NCBI RefSeq assembly: GCF_024298765.1
Contig: NZ_CP101210.1
Length of the DNA: 64,000 nt
From: Escherichia coli
GTDB taxonomy: Bacteria > Pseudomonadota > Gammaproteobacteria > Enterobacterales > Enterobacteriaceae
Direction: 5' to 3' (one strand)
Part shown: positions 1 to 11,217 of the stretch, in pieces
How positions within the stretch are numbered: position 1 is the first letter of the stretch
Layout of the letters: each line of letters starts with the position of its first letter
The notes under the pieces: model-generated
The model's input: the letters and a program-made list of their open reading frames with translations, nothing else
What the model was told of the DNA's origin: nothing
Databases searched by the model: none
Made by a program: the position numbers and the translations under genes

Positions 1-451
1 CGCCCATGATCACCAGACGACGAATATACTGTTTACATTCCGGGCATTGTGAAAGTAACAGCGCAATATTGGTTAACGGGCCAATGGCTACCAGCGTAAC
101 AGGCTCTGGTGCACGCAGCAGGGCATCACGAATCGCCAGAAACGCTGGTATCTCGAGTGGCTTTCGGTTGTGCTCAACAAAGTCGTAGCCAGCCATTCCC
201 GATTCACCGTGCACAGATGCCGCATCACGCGGTGCGCGTACCAGCGGTACGGCTGCGCCCTGGGCAAGCGGAATCTCCGCATTCCAGAAATGCAGCAGTT
301 GCAGGGCGTTGCGGGTCGTTTTCTCAACCGAGACATTACCCGCGACGGTGGTCATCAGTTGCAGGTCGAGTTCGGGGGCAAAAATCGCGGCGGCAATGGC
401 GACGGCATCGTCAATGCCGGGGTCAGTATCGAGGAAGATAGGTAAACGCAT
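1..451 (-). CDS. rihC: ribonucleoside hydrolase RihC, 5' portion; gene runs off the window start
   Basis: Minus-strand translation from an ATG near 449-451 reads [22 protein letters not shown]..., the nucleoside hydrolase N-terminus with DTDPGIDD motif; no stop before position 1. Not in the ORF track because it is truncated. Confidence 0.8.
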   Translation of the reverse strand, partial: MRLPIFLDTDPGIDDAVAIAAAIFAPELDLQLMTTVAGNVSVEKTTRNALQLLHFWNAEIPLAQGAAVPLVRAPRDAASVHGESGMAGYDFVEHNRKPLEIPAFLAIRDALLRAPEPVTLVAIGPLTNIALLLSQCPECKQYIRRLVIMG

Positions 452-461
452 GTTTTCTCCA

Positions 462-535
462 TAAAAAATGCCGGTAACAAGACCGGCATTTTTTATGGAG
501 AAAACATGCCGGTAACAAGACCGGCATTTTCGCAT
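462..535. terminator. pair of GC hairpins (gccggt-aacaag-accggc, present twice) inside a larger inverted repeat, downstream of ispH
   Basis: Two copies of atgccggtaacaagaccggcatttt seen directly in the rihC-ispH intergenic sequence, each followed by a T-run. Confidence 0.4.
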
Positions 536-554
536 AACTTAGGCTGCTAATGAC

Positions 555-1505
555 TTAATCGACTTCACGAATATCGACACGCAACTCTTTCGGCACTTCG
601 AAAACAATGTTTTCTTCACGACCTTCCAGCGGAATGGCTTCGCCACCGCCAAGCTGCTGTAAACGTGCGACTACGTTCTGTACCAGAATATCCGGAGCCG
701 ATGCGCCCGCAGTCACGCCGACGCATTTAACCTCTTTCACCCACTCTTCCTGGATATCTTTCGCATCGTCAATCAAAAACGCGCGTTTGCCCATGCGCTG
801 GGCCAGTTCCGCCAGACGGTTGGAGTTGGAGGAGTTTTTCGAACCGACCACCAGCACCACTTCCGCCTGTTCTGCCAGAGCGCGTACCGCTTCCTGACGG
901 TTAGTAGTGGCGTAGCAGATGTCATCTTTGCGCGGACCGACAATTTTCGGGAAGCGTTTACGCAGCGCGTCGATCACATCAGACGTGTCATCCACCGACA
1001 GCGTGGTTTGGGTCATAAAGGAGAGCTTCTCTTCGTTTTTGACCGTCAGTTTCCACACATCGTCTGGCGATTCGACCAGATACATTCCCCCTTCCGGGTT
1101 GCTGTACTGACCCATTGTCCCTTCCACTTCCGGGTGACCGGCGTGGCCGATGAGAATAGATTCTTCGCCACGGCGACTGGCGCGGGCGACTTCCATATGC
1201 ACTTTGGTCACCAGCGGACAGGTGGCGTCGAATACCGTCAAATCACGGCTTTTCGCTTCGTTACGTACCGCCTGAGAAACACCGTGTGCGGAGAAAATCA
1301 GGATCGCGCCGTCCGGTACTTCGCTAATCTGCTCAATAAAGATAGCCCCACGCTCGCGCAGGCTATCGACCACATAGCGGTTATGCACCACTTCATGACG
1401 GACATATATCGGTGCGCCGTAAATGGCCAGCGCGTTTTCAACAATGCTGATAGCGCGGTCTACCCCGGCACAAAAACCACGCGGGTTGGCCAACAGGATC
1501 TGCAT
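555..1505 (-). CDS. ispH: 4-hydroxy-3-methylbut-2-enyl diphosphate reductase IspH (LytB)
   Basis: ORF 555..1589; known N-terminus [19 protein letters not shown] begins at an internal ATG 28 codons in, giving 316 aa. Confidence 0.93.
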
Positions 1506-1506
1506 G

Positions 1507-1956
1507 TTACGCCTCCAGTGCCGGATCGATTTCCAGCACTTCAATATCAAAATGAACGGTCTGCCCGGCCAGCGGATGGTTGAAATCAACGGTAATAGAG
1601 TCGCCGTTAATTTCGCGGATCACGCCAGGCATCTCACTGCCATCCATTGCGGTAAAAAGCATGATTGCGCCAATTTCTGGCTCGCCTGCATCCATAAATT
1701 CACGGCGGGAGAAGTACTGAATCAGGTCCGGTGACGGCACGCCAAACGCCGCATCTGGCTCCAGCGAGAAGGTGGTTTTATCGCCCACTTTCAGCCCCAG
1801 CAGGTGTTGCTCCAGCCCTTCAGAAAGAGAAGCATCACCCAGGCGGAACAGCGCCGGTTTACCGTTGTTGCGGGTAGACTCGGCGGTGGTGCCATCGTCG
1901 AGTTTTAGCGTGAAATGCACCAGGACGGCGCTATTGCTCTGTACAGATTCAGACAT
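1507..1956 (-). CDS. fkpB: FKBP-type peptidyl-prolyl cis-trans isomerase FkpB (SlpA)
   Basis: 149 aa [31 protein letters not shown]...; position between lspA and ispH. Confidence 0.93.
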
Positions 1957-2043
1957 GCAGGTTTGCTCTTATATTTTGAGGATTTTTGCCGGATGCGGCC
2001 TACGATTTCGCAGCAATCAGTAGGCTGCATCCGGCAGGGTTTA

Positions 2044-2538
2044 TTATTGTTTTTTCGCTTTAGAAGGTAAAAAACCTTCCAGCACAATCAGTGCCGCACC
2101 GACACAAATGGCAGTATCGGCAAGGTTGAAGGTGGCGAAGTGCCAGTCGCCGACGTAGAAGTCGATCATATCGACAACGAAGCCGTGCCACAGGCGGTCG
2201 AACAGGTTGCCCAGTGCGCCGCCAATAATCAGCGCGTAAGCGATATTGTTTAGCTTCTGCGTGGCCTTCGAGCGATACATCATCACTGCCAGGATCACGC
2301 TAATACCAATCGCAATACCGGCAAAGAACCAACGCTGCCAGCCGCCGCTATCGGCAAGGAAACTAAACGCCGCGCCATAGTTACGCGCATAATGCAGATT
2401 AAGCGACGGGAACAGCGGGACCGTATCCCCCAGAGCAAAGTTCTGGAGGATCAGGTATTTGCTGCCCAGATCGATAATCAGCACGACTACCACCAGCCAC
2501 AGCCAGCGTAGCCCTGTTGAACAGATCGATTGACTCAT
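2044..2538 (-). CDS. lspA: lipoprotein signal peptidase II
   Basis: 164 aa membrane protein [27 protein letters not shown]...; 1-nt overlap with the ileS stop. Confidence 0.95.
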
Positions 2539-5354
2539 CAGGCAAACTTACGTTTTTCACCGTCACCGGCGACGTTGCTGACACAGCGGCCGCAGATTTC
2601 TGCGTGTTCCGCCACCTTGCCGACATCCTGGGTGTAGTGCCAGCAGCGTGGGCACTTCTCACCTTCGGCTTTACTCAACGCGACTTTCAGCCCTTTGAGT
2701 ACTTCGCTCTGCTGAGCATCAGCAGGTGCATCGTTATAGTCTGCAACGGTAGCGCCGGAGGTCAACAGGACAAATCGTAATTCATCGCCCAGCGCGGTCA
2801 GTTTCGCCGCCAGTTCCGGTTCTGCATACAAGGTTACTGCCGCTTCCAGCGAGCCACCCACTTTCTTATCGGCACGCGCTTGCTCAATGACTTTGTTCAC
2901 TTCGCCACGCACTTTCAACAGCTCGTCCCAGAACGCATCGTTCATCGCTTCACTGTCTGCCAGACCAAACAGGCCTTCGTACCACTCACCGGTAAAGACG
3001 TATTTTTCACGTTCGCCCGGCAGATAGCCCCACACTTCATCAGCGGTGAAGGAGAGGATTGGTGCCATCCAGCGCACCAGCGCTTCAGCGATGTGATACA
3101 GCGCAGTCTGGCAGCTACGACGCGCCACGCTGTCCGCTTTGGCGGTATACTGACGGTCTTTGATGATGTCGAGGTAGAAGGAACCCATCTCAACGGAGCA
3201 GAAGCGCATCAGACGCTGTACCACTTCGTGGAAATCGTATGCTTCGTACGCCTTGAGGATGTCTTCCTGTGCCGCTTTCGCACAACCTACGGCCCAGCGA
3301 TCCAGTACCACCATCTCTTCCGGTTTCACCATATCTTTTGCCGGATCAAAACCGTTCAGGTTTGCCAGCAGGAAGCGCGCGGTGTTACGGATACGACGAT
3401 AGCTGTCGGCAGCACGTTTCAGGATCTCGTCAGAAACGGCCATTTCGCCAGTGTAGTCGGTTGATGCCACCCACAGACGCAGAATATCCGCACCCAGTTT
3501 GTTCATCACATCCTGCGGCGAAACGGTGTTACCGATGGATTTAGACATCTTGCGACCCTGACCATCCACGGTAAAGCCGTGAGTCAGTACCTGACGATAT
3601 GGCGCTTTGCCCTTCATCGCGGTAGAGATCATCAGGGAAGACATGAACCAGCCACGGTGTTGGTCAGAACCTTCCAGATACATGTCCGCTGCGTGACCGG
3701 CAAATTCCGGACGCACATCAACAACGGAAGAGTGGGTAGATCCGGAGTCAAACCATACATCCAGCGTATCCGGTACTTTCACATACTGGTCAGCTTCGTC
3801 GCCGAGGATCTCTTTCGCATCGAGATCCCACCACGCCTGAATGCCGTCAACTTCAACGCGTTTTGCCACTTCTTCCATCAGTTCGAGAGTACGCGGATGC
3901 AGTTCTTCTGTGTCTTTGTGCACGAACAGTGACATCGGCACGCCCCAGGTACGCTGACGAGAGATACACCAGTCAGGACGGTTAGCAACCATCGACTCGA
4001 TACGCGCCTGGCCCCAGTCAGGGATCCACTGCACACCTTTGATCTCTTTCAGTGACTGCGCACGCAGACCTTTCTGATCCATGCTGACGAACCACTGCGG
4101 CGTCGCGCGGAAGATGATCGGCGTTTTGTGACGCCAGCAGCACGGATAGCTGTGCTGCATTTTCTCAACGTGCAGCAGCGCGCCTTTTTCCTGCAGCAGC
4201 GCAACGACGATGTCGTTCGCTTTGAAGACGTTCACGCCATCCAGCGTCGGGTAAGTGCCCGGCAGATAAGTGCCGTCCGGGCCAACCGGGTTAGCGGTTT
4301 CCAGACCATATTTTTGACCGATCACATAGTCGTCCGGACCGTGGCCTGGCGCGGTATGAACGGCACCGGTACCGGCATCCAGCGTAACGTGGTCGCCGAG
4401 AATTGCCGGAACATCGAAGTCCATAAACGGATGGGTAAAGCGCAACAGTTCCAGCTCGGCACCTTTCACCGTGCCAAGAATGGTGTAATCGCTAACGCCG
4501 ATACGCTGCATTACGCTTTCAACCAGATCTTTCGCGAGGATCACGGCCTGACCGTCGATTTGCACCAGCGCATAATCAAAATCAGGTGCAATGGAGATTG
4601 CGCGGTTAGCAGGCAGCGTCCACGGCGTGGTGGTCCAGATAACCAGCGAAATTGGGCCGTTAACATTGCTTACGCCAAATTTCGTTTTCAGCGCATCCTG
4701 ATCGACCGCCTGGAAAGCGACGTCGATGGACGGAGAAGTTTTGTCGTAATACTCAACTTCCGCTTCTGCCAGTGCAGAACGGCAGTCAACGCACCAGTGC
4801 ACCGGCTTCGCGCCTTTGTGCAGGTGACCGTTGCCGATGATTTTGCCCAGCGCGCGGATGATGTTGGCTTCAGTTTTGAAGTCCATGGTCAGGTACGGGT
4901 GCGACCAGTCGCCCAGCACGCCCAGACGGATAAAGTCTTTGCGCTGACCGTCAACCTGGGTCGCAGCGTATTCGCGGCACTTGGCGCGGAACTCAGCGGC
5001 GGTGAATTTCTCCCCCGGCTTACCGTATTCTTGCTCTACTTTCAGTTCGATTGGCAGACCATGACAGTCCCAGCCAGGCACATACGGCGAGTCATATCCA
5101 GAAAGCCCTTTGGACTTAATGATAATGTCTTTCAGAATCTTGTTAACCGAGTGACCAATATGAATGCTGCCATTCGCATAAGGAGGGCCATCATGCAGAA
5201 TGAAGGTTTTTTTGCCTTTTTTAGCTGCACGAATGATGCCGTACAGATCATCATCAGTCCAACGCGCCAGCATTCCCGGTTCGCGCTTGGCGAGATCGCC
5301 ACGCATCGGGAACCCTGTTTCCGGCAAATTCAGGGTTGATTTATAGTCACTCAT
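2538..5354 (-). CDS. ileS: isoleucyl-tRNA synthetase
   Basis: 938 aa ORF with class I aaRS signatures ([12 protein letters not shown]; KMSKS) and C-terminal zinc-binding cysteines. Confidence 0.97.
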
Positions 5355-5396
5355 CAGATTCTCGGTTCCGTATTTCGGTTTGATTACATAACAGGC

Positions 5397-6338
5397 TTAA
5401 GCCGGTTTTGTTAGCCCAAAAAATTCGCGGGCGGTTAATTCATCACGCGCAATCTGCGCTTTCAGTTCGTCCAGCGATGCAAATCGCTGCTCATTGCGTA
5501 TTTTTTTACGCAGCACTACTTGTATATGGCGACCATAAAGGTCCATTGCAACATCTAACAAATGCACTTCCAGTTGCTGGCGAATACCGGCAACCGTTGG
5601 GCGTGTTCCGATGTTTGCAACGCCGGGTAACGGCTTTTCGCCAAGGCCCAACACTTCTACCGCATAAACCCCTTTCACCGGGGAAACCTGACGGCGTAGC
5701 GGTACATTCGCCGTCGGGAAACCTATAGTGCGCCCTAATTCATCACCGTGGACTACACGCCCGGAGATAGCAAACGGGTGCCCCAGTAAACTTTCTGCCA
5801 GAGCCAGATTGTCATCCGCAAGCGCCTGACGCACGGCGGTGCTGCTGATACGCACGCCACCTTCGCAAAAAGTTTGCGTGCTGGTGATATCGAAGCCGTA
5901 TTCCATGCCCGCTTTCTGTAATAACAAGAAATCGCCTTCACGACCAGCGCCAAAGCGGAAATCGTCACCTACGGCAAGAAATTTTACCCGCAAGTGCTTC
6001 ACCAGAAGATCACTGATGAAGTTTTGCGCGGTTAACGCCGCAAAACGCCTGTCAAAACGCACGCACAGCACGTAATCAACACCACACTCTGCAAGATAAC
6101 GCAGTTTTTCCCGCAGCCGGGTGAGCCGTGCCGGGGCTTTATCAGTAGCAAACAGTTCCAGTGGTTGAGGTTCAAAAAGCATCACCATCACCGGTAAGTT
6201 GCGCTTGCGCCCTTCTTCCTGCAAGCCCTGTAACAGCGCGCGATGACCGCGATGCACGCCGTCGAAATTACCAATAGTCAGCACACACCCTTCTTGCGGG
6301 GCCTGGCTGAGATTATGTATGCCGCGTATCAGCTTCAT
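5397..6338 (-). CDS. ribF: bifunctional riboflavin kinase / FMN adenylyltransferase
   Basis: 313 aa ORF MKLIRGIHNLSQAPQEGCVLTIGNFDGVHRGH... Confidence 0.95.
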   Translation of the reverse strand: MKLIRGIHNLSQAPQEGCVLTIGNFDGVHRGHRALLQGLQEEGRKRNLPVMVMLFEPQPLELFATDKAPARLTRLREKLRYLAECGVDYVLCVRFDRRFAALTAQNFISDLLVKHLRVKFLAVGDDFRFGAGREGDFLLLQKAGMEYGFDITSTQTFCEGGVRISSTAVRQALADDNLALAESLLGHPFAISGRVVHGDELGRTIGFPTANVPLRRQVSPVKGVYAVEVLGLGEKPLPGVANIGTRPTVAGIRQQLEVHLLDVAMDLYGRHIQVVLRKKIRNEQRFASLDELKAQIARDELTAREFFGLTKPA

Positions 6339-6345
6339 GTCTGGC

Positions 6346-6564
6346 TCAAAACAGTGAAAATCGTCCGAGTATACCTTGTACAGCGGTCAAGGTTAACCGG
6401 CGATTGAGTGCCGAAATCAGAAAGAAGTGGCTTTTCATTGCTATGGCGCAAATCATGGGAAGAAACTGACCGCCTGCTGCAATTTTTCTCGCGGAAAAGC
6501 TGTATTCACACCCCGCAAGCTGGTAGAATCCTGCGCCATCACTACGTAACGAGTGCCGGCACAT
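6346..6564 (-). CDS. yaaY: small hypothetical protein at the YaaY position (between ribF and rpsT)
   Basis: 72 aa ORF in the ORF track at the syntenic position; no recognisable domain, may not be a real gene. Confidence 0.35.
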   Translation of the reverse strand: MCRHSLRSDGAGFYQLAGCEYSFSARKIAAGGQFLPMICAIAMKSHFFLISALNRRLTLTAVQGILGRFSLF

Positions 6565-6645
6565 TAACGGCGCTTATTTGCACAAATCCATTGACAAAAG
6601 AAGGCTAAAAGGGCATATTCCTCGGCCTTTGAATTGTCCATATAG

Positions 6646-6930
<285 letters not shown>

Positions 6931-6953
6931 TTGCCTGTTGTTGTCAGCTTTGT

Positions 6954-6982
6954 AAAAAAACCCGCTCTGGCGGGTTTTTTTA
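6954..6982 (+). terminator. rho-independent terminator of rpsT
   Basis: aaaaaaacccgctctggcgggttttttt: GC stem-loop followed by T-run immediately after the rpsT stop. Confidence 0.65.
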
Positions 6983-7025
6983 TATCCATCTGCAGGCCAA
7001 AATTCGGCCTGCAAAGTACAAATGT

Positions 7026-7931
7026 TTATTTTGAAGCTGGAGTAAACAGCGCAGAATAGTCTGTATTGCAGATACGCTGTACTGCAGGGTGCTGAATCAT
7101 CCTTTCGGCAAAAATCGCGTGGTACTCTTCCATCACGTTCTCAACACGGCCTATCTCCACAACCGAGTCATCGTTATAGAAATCATTAGCGTAAAGCGAA
7201 GGTGCAACGAAAATAGCGTTATGCGTCGCCCCAAAGGCTTTCATCAACGCAGCATCATCAAACTCACCCAAAATTTCGACGTTCAAGCCCTGGGAGTTAA
7301 ACCAGTTTAATAGCTTACGCCCCAACATTGAGCGACGCCCCGGAATAAGTAAACGACGCTCTTCAAGACAGGCAGGAAACGGCTTTTCTGGTAGTGGGTT
7401 AGTGCACCAGAAACTGACACCACATTCGCCAATTTTCATGGAAAACAGCCCTTCCTGCTGAGTGGAATCGATCGGACAGTCAGAGATGATCATATCCAGT
7501 TTATGCTGACTCAACTGCTCTAAAAGCATCTCGTGCGTCGATTCGAAACAGCGTAGATGGATCTGCTCGTCTTCCACAACTGCGGCATCCAGAACACTGC
7601 TGACCAGACGTTTGGAAAGTGCATCTGCCACACCAACATCAAACAATAAGTTGGATTCTTTGCGATAGTTCACGATATCCAGCATTTCCTGGCTTAAGGT
7701 GAACATTTTATCGGCATAGCGATAGACCAGCTCTCCCAGCTCGCTGGGCTCGAGGCCACGTCCCTTGCGCTTAAATAATTTGCCTTGCAGGCGCTCTTCC
7801 AGCGCCCGAATCTGTCCGGTAATGGTTTGTGGTGTTAAATAAAGCGCCTCCGCTGCGCCAACCACGGAACCTTCTTTATAGACATGCCAGAAGTAATACA
7901 AGTGGTTGTAATTGATATGAGACATGCTCAT
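7026..7931 (-). CDS. nhaR: LysR-family transcriptional activator NhaR
   Basis: ORF 7026..7949; known N-terminus [30 protein letters not shown] at an internal ATG; 301 aa. Confidence 0.93.
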   Translation of the reverse strand: MSMSHINYNHLYYFWHVYKEGSVVGAAEALYLTPQTITGQIRALEERLQGKLFKRKGRGLEPSELGELVYRYADKMFTLSQEMLDIVNYRKESNLLFDVGVADALSKRLVSSVLDAAVVEDEQIHLRCFESTHEMLLEQLSQHKLDMIISDCPIDSTQQEGLFSMKIGECGVSFWCTNPLPEKPFPACLEERRLLIPGRRSMLGRKLLNWFNSQGLNVEILGEFDDAALMKAFGATHNAIFVAPSLYANDFYNDDSVVEIGRVENVMEEYHAIFAERMIQHPAVQRICNTDYSALFTPASK

Positions 7932-7990
7932 TTCTCTCCCTGATAACAATGAAAAGGGAGCCGTTTATGGCTCCCCGGTAAACCGTCCTG

Positions 7991-9157
7991 TCAAACTGAT
8001 GGACGCAAACGAACGCGTAACCAGCTGTATCCAATTACCGCCGAAGAGATAGAACCGACCAGGATACCGAGTTTCGCCCAGTTAATCAGTTCTGGATCTA
8101 CGCTACCAAAGGCCAGGCTGGCAATAAAGATAGACATAGTAAAACCGATACCGCACAGGATCCCCACCGCCATAATTTGCTGATAAGTCGTTCCCTCAGG
8201 CAGATGCGCCAGTTTCAAACGCAGCGCCAACCAGCAGAACAGACTAATCCCCAGCGGTTTGCCAATCAGCAAGCCAGCGATGATCCCCAATGGCAGAATG
8301 GAGGTCAAGCCATCCAGCGTGACGCCTTGCAGTGAAACGCCAGCATTAGCAAATGCAAACAGCGGTAAAATCAGATACGCCACCCACGGGTGCAACACAT
8401 GCTCCAGTCGCTTCGCTGGAGAACGCCCATGCTTCTCTTTCAAAGGAATAAAGAAGCCGACAATTACCCCCGCCAGGGTTGCGTGAACCCCCGATTTCAA
8501 CACCGCAGTCCACAACACCACGCCAACCAGAATATAGACGCCCGTGCGGCGTACACCACACAGATTCAATACCGCGAGTACCGCAATTGCTACAGCCGCG
8601 ACGCCAAGAGAGGCCATCGATAAGTCATTAGTGTAGAACAATGCGATGATAATGATGGCCCCAAGATCGTCGATAATAGCCAGAGCCATCAAAAAGATCT
8701 TCAGGGCTAACGGAACACGACTTCCCAACAGCGCCAGCACACCAAGTGCAAAAGCAATGTCAGTAGCCGCCGGGATCGCCCACCCTTCGCGGGTAATCGG
8801 ATCGGCATGGTTAAAGGCCAGATAGAGTAATGCCGGCACAATCATCCCACCAATAGCGGCGATAACTGGAAATGCAGCCTGGCGTAAGCTGGCTAGCGAT
8901 CCTTGCATCAGTTCACGTTTAACTTCCAGACCGACTAACAGGAAAAATACCGCCATCAGCGCGTCATTTATCCATAACAGCATGTTTTTGTTGATTTCGA
9001 GTGAACCAACCCGGAGCTGAACCGGCGTCTCCAGAAAGTCGTGATACCATCCACTGGTTGCGCCGCTGTTGGCCATAATCATCGCCAGGATAGCGGCAAT
9101 GATAAGAATAATGCCTCCCGAGGCATCACTGCTAAAGAATCGATGCAGATGTTTCAC
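7991..9157 (-). CDS. nhaA: Na+/H+ antiporter NhaA
   Basis: 388 aa polytopic membrane protein [31 protein letters not shown]... Confidence 0.96.
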   Translation of the reverse strand: MKHLHRFFSSDASGGIILIIAAILAMIMANSGATSGWYHDFLETPVQLRVGSLEINKNMLLWINDALMAVFFLLVGLEVKRELMQGSLASLRQAAFPVIAAIGGMIVPALLYLAFNHADPITREGWAIPAATDIAFALGVLALLGSRVPLALKIFLMALAIIDDLGAIIIIALFYTNDLSMASLGVAAVAIAVLAVLNLCGVRRTGVYILVGVVLWTAVLKSGVHATLAGVIVGFFIPLKEKHGRSPAKRLEHVLHPWVAYLILPLFAFANAGVSLQGVTLDGLTSILPLGIIAGLLIGKPLGISLFCWLALRLKLAHLPEGTTYQQIMAVGILCGIGFTMSIFIASLAFGSVDPELINWAKLGILVGSISSAVIGYSWLRVRLRPSV

Positions 9158-9654
9158 TTTTTATTTCTCTTTCAGGTGAATAGATCGTTTTTACTATCTT
9201 ACCCCGCACGAATCATCGTTAAAATCAGATTATAGTGTAGGAATAATTCGCTTTTTACGAGGCATTGAAAGATTTGCGTCATCAGTGATGATATGAGTTT
9301 TTGACGGCTGTAAGCGCTGACGTGTGACCCTAAGCCCTGATAATCATAGCTTAAGGTAAGGATTTCTGAGGGATTAATTGGGAAAAGTAATAATTAATTT
9401 GTTGTCAGTCGGCGATGTTTGTTAGGCCAATACTTCAAAAATAATCCAGTTTGTCGTCAATAATTGCGATGAAGAGATAAATTAAAGTTAAATAATTAAA
9501 TCATTAAAAAATTACGCCATAAAAATGCGAGGCGTCTTCAGGATTAGAATCGATAAAACAGAATGGGTTAAAGAGAGCGATATAATAGCGGCGGGTGCTT
9601 GAGGCTGTCTGTCTCAGGCATTAGCTGAACGGCAGATAGAGAAAAGCCCCGAGT

Positions 9655-9720
9655 GATATTTTACTATCAACCCGAGGCCCCCTATATGCAGAACACATGT
9701 AGAGTGCCTCTTACTGACCG
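9655..9720 (-). ncRNA. sokC: putative Sok-type antisense RNA (sokC) overlapping the mokC start region
   Basis: Inferred only from the architecture of hok/sok loci; promoter and ends not located in the sequence. Confidence 0.25.
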
Positions 9721-9895
9721 TAAGGTCAAGGAGAAGAGAGCAATGAAGCAGCATAAGGCGATGATTGTCGCCCTGATCGTCATCTGTATCACCGCCGTAG
9801 TAGCGGCGCTGGTAACGAGAAAAGACCTCTGTGAGGTTCACATCCGAACTGGCCAGACGGAGGTTGCTGTTTTCACGGCTTACGAATCCGAGTAA
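9686..9895 (+). CDS. mokC: Mok-type regulatory reading frame overlapping hokC
   Basis: In-frame extension upstream of hokC reading MQNTCRVPLTDRKVKEKRAMKQHKAM... Confidence 0.55.
   Translation: MQNTCRVPLTDRKVKEKRAMKQHKAMIVALIVICITAVVAALVTRKDLCEVHIRTGQTEVAVFTAYESE
9743..9895 (+). CDS. hokC: Hok/Gef-family type I toxin (small membrane peptide)
   Basis: 50 aa MKQHKAMIVALIVICITAVVAALVTRKDLCEVHIRTGQTEVAVFTAYESE, canonical Hok family sequence. Confidence 0.8.
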   Translation: MKQHKAMIVALIVICITAVVAALVTRKDLCEVHIRTGQTEVAVFTAYESE

Positions 9896-9998
9896 GAGCA
9901 ACGGCGGGGAGTGATTCCCGCCACTTTTCAGGTGCTCGCATATCTTCAACGCACCCTGGTTTTACCCAGGCCTGCCCACGGGCAGGCTTTTGGGGAGG

Positions 9999-11129
9999 TT
10001 AGCGGGTCAGGTCGTCAAAAAACTTCTTCACACCATCAAAGAAGCTCTTTGAGCGCGGGCTGTTGTGCTCGCCGGTTGGGCCACCGAAGCTTTCTTGCAG
10101 CTCTTGCAGCAGCTGTTTCTGCTTCTCGTTCAGGCCTACCGGTGTTTCGACGACAACGCGGCACAGCAAATCACCCTGTGCGCCACCGCGGACAGACTTG
10201 ACGCCTTTACCGCGCATACGGAACAGCTTACCGGTCTGGGTTTCGCCAGGCACTTTCAGTTTGACGCGACCATCAAGGGTCGGTACTTCGATTTCGCCAC
10301 CCAGCGCCGCCATAGCGAAGTTGATCGGGACTTCGCAATACAGGTTGTTACCTTCACGCTCGAAAATCGGGTGCTGTTTAACCTGAACCTGAACGTACAG
10401 ATCGCCTGCCGGTGCGCCATGCTCGCCCGCTTCACCTTCGCCCGCAAGACGGATGCGGTCTCCAGTGTCCACCCCTGCCGGGATTTTAACGGACAGCGTT
10501 TTGCTGCGCTCAACACGACCATGACCATGACATTTGTTGCACGGATCTTTGATCAGCGTACCGCGGCCCTGACAGTGTGGACAGGTCTGCTGCACGGCAA
10601 AGAAACCCTGGCGCATCTGCACCTGACCAGAACCATGACAGGTCGGACAGGTCTGCGGCTGTGTACCTGGTTTTGCACCGCTACCGTGGCAAACGTCACA
10701 CTCTTCCAGAGTCGGAATGCGGATCTCTTTGGTCACGCCACGTACAGCTTCTTCGAGGGTGAGCTCCATGTTATAGCGTAAATCAGCACCGCGCGCCGCA
10801 CGTTGACGACCACGTCCGCCGCCAAAAATATCGCCGAAAACGTCACCAAAAATATCGCTGAAGTCTGCGCCGCCGCCAAAACCGCCGCCGCCCATGCCGC
10901 CTTGATCAAACGCAGCATGACCATACTGATCGTATGCCGCACGTTTTTGCGAGTCGGTCAGAACTTCATAAGCTTCCTTGATCTCTTTAAATTTCGCCTC
11001 GGCCTCTTTGTCACCCTGGTTACGGTCCGGGTGGTATTTCATGGCCAGGCGTTTGTAGGCCTTTTTGATTTCACGCTCTTCCGCTGTTTTGGAAACGCCT
11101 AAAATCTCGTAATAATCTTGCTTAGCCAT
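9999..11129 (-). CDS. dnaJ: chaperone DnaJ (Hsp40)
   Basis: ORF 9999..11159; known start [14 protein letters not shown] at an internal ATG; J-domain HPD motif, G/F-rich region, four CxxCxGxG zinc-finger repeats. Confidence 0.97.
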   Translation of the reverse strand: MAKQDYYEILGVSKTAEEREIKKAYKRLAMKYHPDRNQGDKEAEAKFKEIKEAYEVLTDSQKRAAYDQYGHAAFDQGGMGGGGFGGGADFSDIFGDVFGDIFGGGRGRQRAARGADLRYNMELTLEEAVRGVTKEIRIPTLEECDVCHGSGAKPGTQPQTCPTCHGSGQVQMRQGFFAVQQTCPHCQGRGTLIKDPCNKCHGHGRVERSKTLSVKIPAGVDTGDRIRLAGEGEAGEHGAPAGDLYVQVQVKQHPIFEREGNNLYCEVPINFAMAALGGEIEVPTLDGRVKLKVPGETQTGKLFRMRGKGVKSVRGGAQGDLLCRVVVETPVGLNEKQKQLLQELQESFGGPTGEHNSPRSKSFFDGVKKFFDDLTR

Positions 11130-11217
11130 CTTTTTTAAATTGCCCCTAGATGAATGCACGGGCGGAGAGGAAATACCCCTTCGCCCGTGTCAGTATAATT
11201 ACCCGTTTATAGGGCGA

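Noticed and set aside
4128-5339. 403-aa plus-strand ORF, plus several shorter ones between 2880 and 3932
   Set aside because: Antisense shadow ORFs inside ileS; compositions are Arg/Val/Phe-rich and not protein-like.
9158-9650. 528-bp gap upstream of nhaA, examined for an IS remnant or small ORF
   Set aside because: No transposase-like frame or terminal inverted repeats; consistent with the nhaA promoter region and the hok/sok leader.
10065-10781. 238-aa plus-strand ORF and similar ORFs opposite dnaJ
   Set aside because: Antisense to dnaJ; no start context.
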